Notes under the pieces: model-generated | The model's database searches: none | Seen by the model: only the letters and a program-made list of their open reading frames with translations | Told to the model about the DNA's origin: nothing | Part shown: positions 6,140 through 14,000 of the stretch, one piece after another | Layout: the number at the start of each line of letters is the position of its first letter | Position numbering within the stretch: the stretch's first letter is position 1 | Origin: a virus | IMG/VR virus record: IMGVR_UViG_3300045988_004668 | Length of the DNA: 42,282 nt | Strand: one strand, 5' to 3' | Made by a program: the position numbers and the translations under genes

Positions 6140-6787
6140 CTAACTTTCGTATGGAGACGGCCAGCTCCAGTCCCAGTATTCGCCGCCGTCCCACTCGGTT
6201 CTGAATGTGTTGTGTTTTCCGTCGCCGCCGAAGAAGAGATATTCCGGCGGCAGCACACGGCCCACATCTGTCTCGCCCTGTTTTTCCCGCTGCCATCTGT
6301 CGATGACGTCCAGTGCCAGTTCTTTAAGCACCGGAAGCACCGGGTTCGTCGGGTCGTACCCGTGATACTGTGCACTCTGCGTGACGACACCGATGATGTT
6401 GTCCGGATAATACGGGTCATCGCTGTCTACGCGGTTCAGGATGTTCCAATAGATCGCGGCCCATTCCGTCTTCGACTGGCAAATCCAGCCCTCGCCGAAG
6501 CACGCCTGCGCCATGTACCGGGCCTCTTCGTCCCAGTCCTGCTCCGGCTCCGGTTCTTCTTCCGGTTCCGGATTCTGAGCGGGCGGCTCGTCCGGCTCCA
6601 GCTCCTGCGTCACCGGCTGCGCGGCTGCGGCTTCAGCCGCCTCTTTCGCTTCCTGCTTGCTGCGGTTCCGCGCAGTGCAGGCCAGCACTACGCCAGTCAC
6701 CAGGATACACGCCGCTACCAGCAGCTGCAGCTGGCGGATTCTTCTCCGCCGCCTCCGGGAGTACCTGCGTCTATGGCCTTGCTGCAT
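6140..6787 (-). CDS. Membrane-anchored SleB/CwlJ-family cell-wall hydrolase domain protein
   Basis: It has an N-terminal Arg-rich segment plus a TM helix (LLVAACILVTGVVLAC), an acidic Pro/Glu linker, and then ARYMAQACFGEG...AAIYWNILNRVDSDDPYYPDNIIGVVTQSAQYHGY (Hydrolase_2 pattern). Confidence 0.75.
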   Translation of the reverse strand: MQQGHRRRYSRRRRRRIRQLQLLVAACILVTGVVLACTARNRSKQEAKEAAEAAAAQPVTQELEPDEPPAQNPEPEEEPEPEQDWDEEARYMAQACFGEGWICQSKTEWAAIYWNILNRVDSDDPYYPDNIIGVVTQSAQYHGYDPTNPVLPVLKELALDVIDRWQREKQGETDVGRVLPPEYLFFGGDGKHNTFRTEWDGGEYWDWSWPSPYES

Positions 6788-7028
6788 ACCGGAATCCTCC
6801 CGCCGCCCAAGTAAGCAGCACGCCAGCCGTGCCGGTTCCCATCACGCGCACCGTGCCGATGCCGAGCGCCATGGTTCCGTTCTCCATACCACCGACGACG
6901 CCCAGCAGAAGCAGAAAACAAAGCGCCGCCAGCACGCCGCAAATCCTCCGTCTTGCCCGCACATCCTTCCGGCTGCGGTGCCGTGTTCGCCGCGTTCTTT
7001 CGCGCAGCACAATGATTTTCTGCTCCAT
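6771..7028 (-). CDS. Small membrane protein (85 aa)
   Basis: MEQKIIVLRERTRRTRHRSRKDVRARRRICGVLAALCFLLLLGVVGG... has a basic N-terminus followed by hydrophobic helices. AAAGGAAG precedes the ATG at 7028. Confidence 0.5.
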   Translation of the reverse strand: MEQKIIVLRERTRRTRHRSRKDVRARRRICGVLAALCFLLLLGVVGGMENGTMALGIGTVRVMGTGTAGVLLTWAAGGFRYAARP

Positions 7029-7045
7029 CTTCCTTTGTCCTCTCT

Positions 7046-7462
7046 TTATAGGAATGGCAGCGGCTCGCTGCCGCTCAACTCTGTCCATGCACCCGGCAGA
7101 TCGTCGTCCGCAAGCGGCACGTCTGCGGCTGCGTCCTTCCGGCTGTCCGCAAAATACATACTTTCAACCTGAAGCTCTGTGCTTTTTCGGCTCTGATCGT
7201 GCCGGTCTTTCCATGTCCTGGTCTGCATCCGGCCCGCAGCCACGGCCATGCGTCCTTTGGAGAACCATTTGCAGATAAACTCTGCCGTGTTCCGCCAGGC
7301 TGTGCAGTCGATAAAATCAGCAGTTCGCTGGCCGGTCTGCTCGTTCGGCTTTCCGTCCCGCTCTACAGCCAGCGTGAAGCTGCAGCAGGCGACGCCGGAG
7401 TTCGTGTGCCGCAGCTCTGGGTCTGCTGTCAGCCGCCCCATGATGATGCAGTTGTTCAGCAT
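7046..7462 (-). CDS. ssb: Single-stranded DNA-binding protein
   Basis: MLNNCIIMGRLTADPELRHTNSGVACCSFTLAVERD...DFIDCTAWRNTAEF is an OB-fold SSB signature. The acidic C-terminal tail ends in LPFL. Confidence 0.85.
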   Translation of the reverse strand: MLNNCIIMGRLTADPELRHTNSGVACCSFTLAVERDGKPNEQTGQRTADFIDCTAWRNTAEFICKWFSKGRMAVAAGRMQTRTWKDRHDQSRKSTELQVESMYFADSRKDAAADVPLADDDLPGAWTELSGSEPLPFL

Positions 7463-7821
7463 ACGCCAAGCTCCCACTTCTTCATAATGTTCTGTGCAGC
7501 CCGCTCTGTCAGTCCGATGAAGTCTTCGTCCGTCGTCCCCAGGAGAATGGCGTTCCCGACGATGACGTCATTGTAGGCAGCAGACAGATCTGTCGCCGTC
7601 TGATTGACTGGCAGGTTCTGCAGCTTTCCTTCCTCGTTGACGATGAGTGCGAGGCCGACGCCGGGTTCCTGGCTCCATCCCTGTGCCAGCGCTGTCGGCA
7701 CCGCCTCGATGTGGCCTTCTACGATCTTCTGCATCTCTTCCAGACTCAAGCAGTCTCCGGGGTAGCAGTGCAGCAGAACGCAGACCCCGTCGGTCTTAAT
7801 GATGATGGCGTATCTTTCCAT
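7456..7821 (-). CDS. DUF3846-domain protein
   Basis: MERYAIIIKTDG...MQKIVEGHIEAV...LALIVNEEGKLQNLPVN...VIVGNAILLGTTDEDFIGLTE matches the DUF3846 pattern. Confidence 0.7.
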   Translation of the reverse strand: MERYAIIIKTDGVCVLLHCYPGDCLSLEEMQKIVEGHIEAVPTALAQGWSQEPGVGLALIVNEEGKLQNLPVNQTATDLSAAYNDVIVGNAILLGTTDEDFIGLTERAAQNIMKKWELGVC

Positions 7822-7830
7822 GTCTTCCTC

Positions 7831-8064
7831 CTATCCTTCGATCGCTGCCGTGATGTTGTCGATGGCGTCCTGCAGACTGTCATAAGCGTCCGACAGATTG
7901 CTGCAGGCCTCGTCGGCCCGCTCGTATTTCTCGCTGCCCTGAAGGTTCTCCGGCATATTGTCCCGGTACTCTTCCTCCTGTTCCTGCAGTTCCTGGAGCA
8001 ATTCCTGCAGCGTTTCAAGCTGGTCTGTGATCTCTCTCAAATCCTTGCGCCTGAGCTTGTTCAT
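7831..8064 (-). CDS. Highly acidic coiled-coil protein (77 aa)
   Basis: The sequence includes LETLQELLQELQEQEEEYRDNMPENLQGSEKYERADEA...; roughly a third of residues are D/E by eye. Confidence 0.6.
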   Translation of the reverse strand: MNKLRRKDLREITDQLETLQELLQELQEQEEEYRDNMPENLQGSEKYERADEACSNLSDAYDSLQDAIDNITAAIEG

Positions 8065-8221
8065 ACCGTCGTTCCTTTCTCATTCGATACTCACATTGCG
8101 GGCAGATGTACCAGCCCTTCGGGGCGAAGAGGCTTACGTTCCAATCCAGCCCGCATCCGATGCACGTCTCATACCTGTTGCCCGGAATCCTGGCGAGCCT
8201 CGCCGCCTTCGTTCTTGCCAC
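8015..8221 (-). CDS. Putative zinc-ribbon protein (68 aa), overlapping both neighbours
   Basis: CIGCG...CPQC pair. A GTG at 8221 follows GGGAGGTG with an 8-nt spacer. It overlaps the 3' end of 8169..8507 by 53 nt and the start of 7831..8064 by 50 nt. Confidence 0.35.
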   Translation of the reverse strand: MARTKAARLARIPGNRYETCIGCGLDWNVSLFAPKGWYICPQCEYRMRKERRYEQAQAQGFERDHRPA

Positions 8222-8507
8222 GCCGCCTGCACCTCCCGTCGTTCTCCGGATTCTTGGAACCCTTGTTCCGCCGGGCAAGGGCGGCCTTGCGCTGTGCCAG
8301 CTCCGCATCGTAGACCCTCCGGCCCAGCTCGTCCATCTCACCTGTGTCGCCGCGCTTCAGCTCGCGGTAGATCGTGACGTAACACACGCCGATCTCGACG
8401 GCGATCTCTTCTGCGCTGTGCCCTGCGCTGTGCATCTGCTCAATGCGCTTGCGCTCAAACAGCTGCAAATCCTTCGCGCCGCGCCGGACATTTTCCTTGC
8501 TTTCCAT
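8169..8507 (-). CDS. HTH protein resembling the N-terminal DNA-binding domain of IS30-type transposases
   Basis: LQLFERKRIEQMHSAGHSAEEIAVEIGVCYVTIYRELKRG parallels the transposase N-terminus (DRIKIEMMLREKASIQQIADRLHVTYQTIWRELRRD). ATG at 8507 follows GGAGGTG. Confidence 0.65.
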   Translation of the reverse strand: MESKENVRRGAKDLQLFERKRIEQMHSAGHSAEEIAVEIGVCYVTIYRELKRGDTGEMDELGRRVYDAELAQRKAALARRNKGSKNPENDGRCRRRGKNEGGEARQDSGQQV

Positions 8508-8540
8508 GCTCTGCACCTCCTGTCTCACATTTCTGCGCAT

Positions 8541-8584
8541 AAAAAAGAATTGCAAGAAAGGCTTAAAACCTTTTCTTGCAATTC
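8541..8584 (-). terminator. Intrinsic terminator after the transposase gene (also an inverted pair of the AATTGCAAGA motif)
   Basis: The arms GAATTGCAAGAAAGG (8547..8561) and CCTTTTCTTGCAATTC (8569..8584) pair with one bulged T and a 7-nt loop. On the minus strand the hairpin is followed by TTTTTT. Confidence 0.6.
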
Positions 8585-8613
8585 ATTTTACAGGGCACGT
8601 TCGTAAATTGCAA
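8585..8613 (-). promoter_or_regulatory. Sigma-70-type promoter reading toward the 8169..8507 HTH gene
   Basis: Minus strand: TTGCAA (8613..8608), 17-nt spacer, TAAAAT (8590..8585). The -35 box lies inside a third AATTGCAAGA copy. The predicted start site falls inside the terminator stem, so transcripts from it would lack the full hairpin. Confidence 0.55.
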
Positions 8614-8643
8614 GAGTTAATTTCAAAAAATCCGAAAAATTTT

Positions 8644-9699
8644 TCAGCTCAGCGATGCCACAAACTCGTCGAACAGCATCCCCGCCGTCTTTCCGCCCAG
8701 GAGCTTGCGCGGATAGTTGTTCATCCAGTCCTGCACGGCGCTGATGTCCTCGTCCGGAACGGCGTCCAAATCTGTCCCCTTCGGGAAGAACCGGCGGAAC
8801 ATCCGGTTCTGGTTCTCGTTGGTGCCGCGCTCGTTGCTGCGATAGGGATGGCAATAGAAGACCTGCGTGCGCTGCTCGCCGGTCTCTTTGCTCGTCATCA
8901 TTCCCTCGTAGTCCATAAACTCGCTGCCGTTGTCCACCGTGATCGTCTTGAAGATGCGGCTGAACTTGTTGCCCCAGCGTCGCTCCAGCTGATCGAGCTT
9001 TTCCACGACGCACTCCATTGTGCACGCCGCCATCGGCAGAACCAGCTCTGTCCGCATCGCGCGTTCCGATAGCATGAGCGCACACTTGTGGCCATTCTTC
9101 TTTCCTTTCACCGTGTCCATCTCCCAGTGTCCTTCTTCCTTCCGCTCATCGATCTCCGGCGGCCGGTTCTCAATGCCTTCTCCTGGCGCCTGCCGTTTGG
9201 CCTCGCGCACCTTCTTGTATTCCCGCTTGTGCTCGCCGCGCTGCGGCAGGTCTTTGTTCGTGATGGAAAAGAAAACATCCCCGCTGTTGATGTAATTGTA
9301 GATCGTCTTCTCGCAGATGTCCACGTCGAACTTCAGCCCGCGCAGCTTAATCTCCATGATGACTGCCGCCGGGGAGTAGTGTTCCCGCCCAATCTTCTGC
9401 TCGATGAAATCATGCAGCGCGAAGTCGTGGCCGAGCTTAATCATGCCGCCTTTCGCCCGCTTGTTCTTCTCATACTGCGCCTGTGCGATGTCCGCCGAGT
9501 ACCGCCGCTCTGTCGTTAAGTTGCTCAGCGTATGCTCATACCACACCCCGTCGCGGCGCAGCTCGCGCCAGATGGTCTGATAGGTGACGTGCAGCCGGTC
9601 TGCGATCTGCTGGATGCTGGCCTTCTCACGCAGCATCATCTCGATCTTGATTCTGTCTCTGTACTGCAGGTGCTTAAACGTCCGCTTCATCTGTTCCAT
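8644..9699 (-). CDS. IS30-family DDE transposase/integrase
   Basis: 351 aa with an N-terminal HTH, HWEMDTV (first D), ITVDNGSEF (second D) and RGTNENQNRMFRRFFPKGTDL (E region). This is the IS30 family architecture. AGGAGG precedes the ATG at 9699. Confidence 0.9.
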   Translation of the reverse strand: MEQMKRTFKHLQYRDRIKIEMMLREKASIQQIADRLHVTYQTIWRELRRDGVWYEHTLSNLTTERRYSADIAQAQYEKNKRAKGGMIKLGHDFALHDFIEQKIGREHYSPAAVIMEIKLRGLKFDVDICEKTIYNYINSGDVFFSITNKDLPQRGEHKREYKKVREAKRQAPGEGIENRPPEIDERKEEGHWEMDTVKGKKNGHKCALMLSERAMRTELVLPMAACTMECVVEKLDQLERRWGNKFSRIFKTITVDNGSEFMDYEGMMTSKETGEQRTQVFYCHPYRSNERGTNENQNRMFRRFFPKGTDLDAVPDEDISAVQDWMNNYPRKLLGGKTAGMLFDEFVASLS

Positions 9700-9733
9700 C
9701 TGTCCGGCCTCCTATTGCCATTTCTTGCTTTTT

Positions 9734-9763
9734 ATTCTAAAGCTGATTAAGCCGAAATGTCAA
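9734..9763 (-). promoter_or_regulatory. Sigma-70-type promoter for the transposase gene
   Basis: Minus strand: TTGACA (9763..9758), 18-nt spacer, TAGAAT (9739..9734). It lies about 35 nt upstream of the ATG. Confidence 0.55.
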
Positions 9764-9769
9764 GCCGTC

Positions 9770-9804
9770 AAAAAAGACCTCCCTGCTGCGCAGCAGAGAG
9801 GTCT
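9770..9804 (-). terminator. Intrinsic terminator of the XRE-type regulator gene
   Basis: Hairpin AGACCTCCCTGCTG/CAGCAGAGAGGTCT (9775..9804, one mismatch) starts at the stop codon. On the minus strand it is followed by TTTTTT (9775..9770). Confidence 0.7.
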
Positions 9805-10045
9805 ATTCTTTTCCCAACAGCCAGTCCGTACTGACGCCCAGCACACCGGCGATGACCGGCAGTTCGAAGTCCGGCACCACGCGCTTTCCTGTTTCAATTC
9901 TGCTTACTGCCATCTGCCCGATCTGAAGCCCAGCCAGCTGCAGCTTCGCCGCCAGTGTGTCCTGGCTCATTCCGGCCTTTATCCGCGCCTCACGCACCCG
10001 CTCGCCGCATAGGTTGAACCGTCCGTCCAGAGTATAGAGCCGCAC
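9803..10045 (-). CDS. XRE-family HTH transcriptional regulator (CI/Cro-like)
   Basis: LCGERVREARIKAGMSQDTLAAKLQLAGLQIGQMAVSRIETGKRVV is a classic HTH_3 motif. GTG at 10045 follows GGGAGG with a 7-nt spacer. Confidence 0.85.
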   Translation of the reverse strand: MRLYTLDGRFNLCGERVREARIKAGMSQDTLAAKLQLAGLQIGQMAVSRIETGKRVVPDFELPVIAGVLGVSTDWLLGKE

Positions 10046-10157
10046 CGCTCCGCCTCCCTATAATCATCTTTTGCATAATCTTGCTTGAATTTAACATATC
10101 TTCGTGGTAATCTTATAAAAAAGATGATTAAACTGAAAATTTTGTGGAGGTGTAGCT
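10046..10157. promoter_or_regulatory. AT-rich divergent control region with a 12-bp inverted repeat and a plus-strand promoter candidate
   Basis: TAATCATCTTTT (10061..10072) and its exact reverse complement AAAAGATGATTA (10119..10130). TAATC(A)TCTT-like strings recur at about 10076 and 10108. The plus-strand candidate is TTAACA (10091..10096), 17 nt, TATAAA (10114..10119), then GGAGGTG and ATG at 10158. Confidence 0.55.
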
Positions 10158-11033
10158 ATGTCTGTCGATTATTACGCTCTCCTAGGTGTCCCTAAATTCT
10201 GCAGTTCGCAAGATGAAATACGCCGTGCATACCTTGCGCAAGCTCGTTTTTTTCACCCAGACGCAGGGAATGTTTCGCCTGAGATCGCACATCAAAAAAT
10301 GCAGCAGCTCAATACGATCTACGATACCCTGAAAGACCCTGATGCCAGAAGGCTGTATGACGCTAAACTCCTTTCTCTGATAAGGGCCAAAGCGTCTCCT
10401 AGTTTTTCAACTTCGCCCGCGCCGCCCACTCAGCCACCACGTCACGCCTCGCGGGCGCCTTCCAGGTTTAAGCGATCTGCTGTCGCTCTCGCCATCATTG
10501 CAGCCACATTGTTCGGTTGTCTTGCTCTCATCTGCATTTCCTCCAATATAGGAAAACCTTCAGCCCCGACCGCAACGGCCGCTGAAGCAGCCAATACTCC
10601 GGTGACTGCGCAGCCATCTTCGCCGCCAGCTTCTACTATGAAGCCTTTTCCCGTGCCGGACAGCGGGGAGGTGTTGTATCACGATCAGCAAGATCGTGTT
10701 GCCCCTTTTACCATCGAAACGTCCGGCAGTGGGTACTACGTCGTTAAATTGAAAGATCATATTTCTGGTGTTGATGTGCTGTGCGTTTTTATCCATGCTG
10801 GTGACACCGTCGATGTTGATGTGCCGCTAGGCGACTTCGATCTTTTCTATGCTTCCGGCGACGTATGGTATGGTTTGAAGTGTTTATTTGGCGACGCTAC
10901 AGTGTGTTCAAAGTCTACCAGCCTTTTTGACTTCAGCGAAATAGACGGATATGTGAGTGGCTGGACTGTCACGCTCTATCCTGTTTACAACGGAAATATG
11001 CAGACAGTCTCCATAGGCATCGATGAATTTTAG
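10158..11033 (+). CDS. Membrane-anchored J-domain (DnaJ-like) protein with an uncharacterised C-terminal domain
   Basis: DYYALLGVPKFCSSQDEIRRAYLAQARFFHPD...LNTIYDTLKDPDARRLYD is a J domain with the HPD tripeptide (10254..10262). It is followed by a Pro/Ser-rich linker, a TM helix (AVALAIIAATLFGCLALICISS) and a roughly 130-aa beta-rich-looking C-terminal domain. This is the only plus-strand gene. Confidence 0.85.
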   Translation: MSVDYYALLGVPKFCSSQDEIRRAYLAQARFFHPDAGNVSPEIAHQKMQQLNTIYDTLKDPDARRLYDAKLLSLIRAKASPSFSTSPAPPTQPPRHASRAPSRFKRSAVALAIIAATLFGCLALICISSNIGKPSAPTATAAEAANTPVTAQPSSPPASTMKPFPVPDSGEVLYHDQQDRVAPFTIETSGSGYYVVKLKDHISGVDVLCVFIHAGDTVDVDVPLGDFDLFYASGDVWYGLKCLFGDATVCSKSTSLFDFSEIDGYVSGWTVTLYPVYNGNMQTVSIGIDEF

Positions 11034-11037
11034 ATCA

Positions 11038-11065
11038 AGCGCCACCAGGTTCCCCTGGCGGCGCT
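11038..11065. terminator. Convergent (bidirectional) terminator hairpin between the J-domain gene and the giant gene
   Basis: AGCGCCACCAGG-ttcc-CCTGGCGGCGCT (12-bp stem, one mismatch) sits between the stops at 11033 (+) and 11083 (-). Confidence 0.6.
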
Positions 11066-11082
11066 CTTTCTATGTCCATCTG

Positions 11083-14000
11083 CTAGTCTTCCCGCTTTGC
11101 CTTCTCGCGCTCTGCGATCACCTGGCTGCCCACACGCTCGCTGTACGGATTGTTCTTCGCGCTCTTGCTTCCGGTGAACAGCTGCCAGAGCACGGCCCGC
11201 ATCTCGTTTGTCAGCTGCTGCGGCCCGTCGCCGCCCGGCAGCATAATGCCGCTGTGTCCGTTCAGCGCATCGATGGCGTTCTCAATCTCTTCGCCCTTGT
11301 AGCTTCCGTTCCCATCCTCGTCGAACTGCGGCAGGATTTCCTTCAGCTGCACCCACGTTCTTGCCTCGATGCCGTAGCTGTCGGCGATCTCGTATTTCTG
11401 CTTTGTCGAGTCCTTCATCACTGCGAGCAGTGCGTCGCGCTGCGCACTTGTTCCATCCACCGCGTCGATGGCTACCCGCCACTTCTGCACGTCGGACACA
11501 GTTTTCTTTCCCTCTTCCGGCGCAAGCTCTGCCATACCGAGCGCCACGTCCTTCGCGCTCTGTGCGTCCAGCCCGCCATCAATCGCGTCCAGATACTTGT
11601 CCACGGCTCCTGCCAGCTTCAGCTCCAGATAGTCCGCCATCTCTGCGCCGGTTGCCAGCACGTCGTCCGCCTTCTGCGTCGAGGTCTTCACTTTGTAGTC
11701 GTCGAATACAGCCGTCTTTGCTTTCTCTCCGGCGTATTCATACAGCCCGCTCAGCATCTTCTCCCGCGTCTCGTCGTCCGCCGTCTGGAACACGTCGCTT
11801 GCGGCCAGCGCCACCAGCCTGCTTCCGACGGCGCTGCTCCACGTCTTATCGTAGACCTGCTTCTGATAGGCCGAGAGCTTGCGGTCTTCGCCGTCAACGC
11901 TGATGCTGCCCGGCGTATCGGACGGAACCGCCTTTGTGAACCCGCTTTCGTAAAGAGACGCGAGCGTTTCGTTCGTCGTCTCATCCGTCTCCACGCGCCG
12001 GTTGTGCAGGGTATCGCTGATCTTGCGCTCCAGCTCCGCGCCGCGCAGGCCCTTCATCTGGTTTTTGTTCGCCGTGGCCAGCGCATCGTCGTATGCCGCC
12101 GCAAGTTCCGGCGAGGCCCAGCGCACCGTGCCGAGCAGATACGCCTCCAGGTTGTTGACCGAGATGCCCGGCAGGTATGTGGCCGCTGCAGCCGCCAGGT
12201 CTTTGATGCCGCCGACAATGTCACCGCTGTGCCGGTGCAGGTATTCGCCCATGCTTCCGCCGTTCTTCACGACGTCCGCTGCGTCCTTCAGCACATCCAG
12301 ACCGTTCTGCCCCTGCTCCACGATGGTCTCCACAACGTCGGACAGCTGCTCCAGGCCCGGCGTGTCGATGCCGTACCACTTGTCGCCCGTAATGATGTTG
12401 CCGATGACGTCCGCAAGTTCTTCTCCGTAGGTGACGATACCAGCCAGGTCTCCCACCAGCCCCAGCGCCATTTCCTTTGCCACGCTTCCTGCTGTAAGAT
12501 TCCCGTCCTCGTCGCGGTACGCCTTGCCCTTGCGCTTCCAGAGGTTCATCAAGAACTCGATACCCTGCGCCCAGATGTATCCGCCGACGGCTGCCAGGAA
12601 CGCAACGCCCAGCCCGTGCTTGGCCTTGTTGTAATTCTCCGTGTCTCCGATTCGCTTGTAGTATTCTGCCTCACCGGCACGCTGCCGCAGCGCATTGTAG
12701 GTCTGCGAGCTGTCCGACTTGAACATCGTAAACGCCCGCGTCACCGGATTCTTGCTCTTGCGCAGCGTGCCCTGGTGCATCTCGTCCGAGGTGGACTGAC
12801 TTCTCTCCACCGCTTCGTTGAATACTTCTGCAACCTTCTGATAGAACGGGCTGCTGCCGCTGTCGATCTGCTCCTGGCTTCCGGTCTCCAGCTCCGGGAA
12901 CTCAGCTCGTACCTTGTTTTCCGCCCACGGCCACAGCACGCTCGCGGCCCAGCCGTCCATGGCGGTGATCGCTCCGCCGCCGAAGATAAAGTTCGTGAAC
13001 TTGTTTGTCTGTGTCCAGTTCGGATTTTCCTTCAGCTGCTTGGTCTCCGGCGTAGAATAGCCCAGTGTTCTCCAGTCCAGCTCCTGCGTGTACTTCTCAA
13101 TCAGGCTCCGGTCGATGCGCTTTACCTGTCCCGGCGACGGGAAGTTCTTGAAGTCCAGCCACGCACCCGCCAGTGGAATCGAACCCAGCTGCTTAAAGAC
13201 GATGGATGGGTTTGCCCCTAACACGGCGCCGATGTAATTGCTGAAGACTTTTTCTGCGCCCATGCTCACGCTGTCGCGTGTGCTGGCGGCCCCGCCCTGC
13301 AGCGTCTGCACCAGGTCTTGGATGTACTTCAGGCTTTCGTCGCCCCAGTCGTGGGTGATAATGTCCGCCATGGAGTTTTCCCGCTCGCGCCAGTTGAGCA
13401 GTGTCTGCCAGTTTCGTGCCGGAATCGCCATGCCCACGAACCGTGCTGTCTGCTCCACATGGCGCTCAAAGGCGTCGAAGGCGCCGATGTTGTAGCTCGG
13501 ATTCTTGGAGAACTGGCGGCTCTTCAGATTGCCGACGCCTTCTGCCGTTGCGTCGTAGACACCCAGCTCGCTCTTGGTGTAGTTGGAGTTGGTGTAGATC
13601 GGCGTATAATTTTTGCTCACAGCCTTGTCGTACCCGTAGAGAATGTTGGAAACGCGGTTGATCTCCTTCTTGGCAAACACGTTGTAGTATTGCTCCAGCG
13701 CCTGTGCCAGCTCCTGTTCTTCCGGCGTTAAGCTGCCGACGATTGCCTTCACGGTCTCCGGCGCCATGCGTACAGTCTTTCCCTGGGCGAAGGCCTCGCG
13801 CCGCTTGCCCTGGCTGTAGAGCGTTTTGTCGGCGAAGGTGCGGCCGCCTTCCATGTGCCGCAGGTTTTCCGTGCTCTTGCTCTCCAGGTACATGTGCACC
13901 TTCTGTGTCGGCGTCATCCATACCGTGATCGTGTCCCCAAACTTCGGCGGCTTGCCGACCTCCAGTGCGCCGACCAGCTGCGGAATCTTCACCTCGTACC

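Noticed and set aside
8585-9775. Terminal inverted repeats and target-site duplication that would define a discrete IS30-type insertion sequence.
   Set aside because: Comparing 8585..8643 with the reverse complement of 9700..9775 by eye gave only short matches (GCAAGAAA, TTAAT). That is not enough to annotate IS ends, so only the transposase gene is reported.
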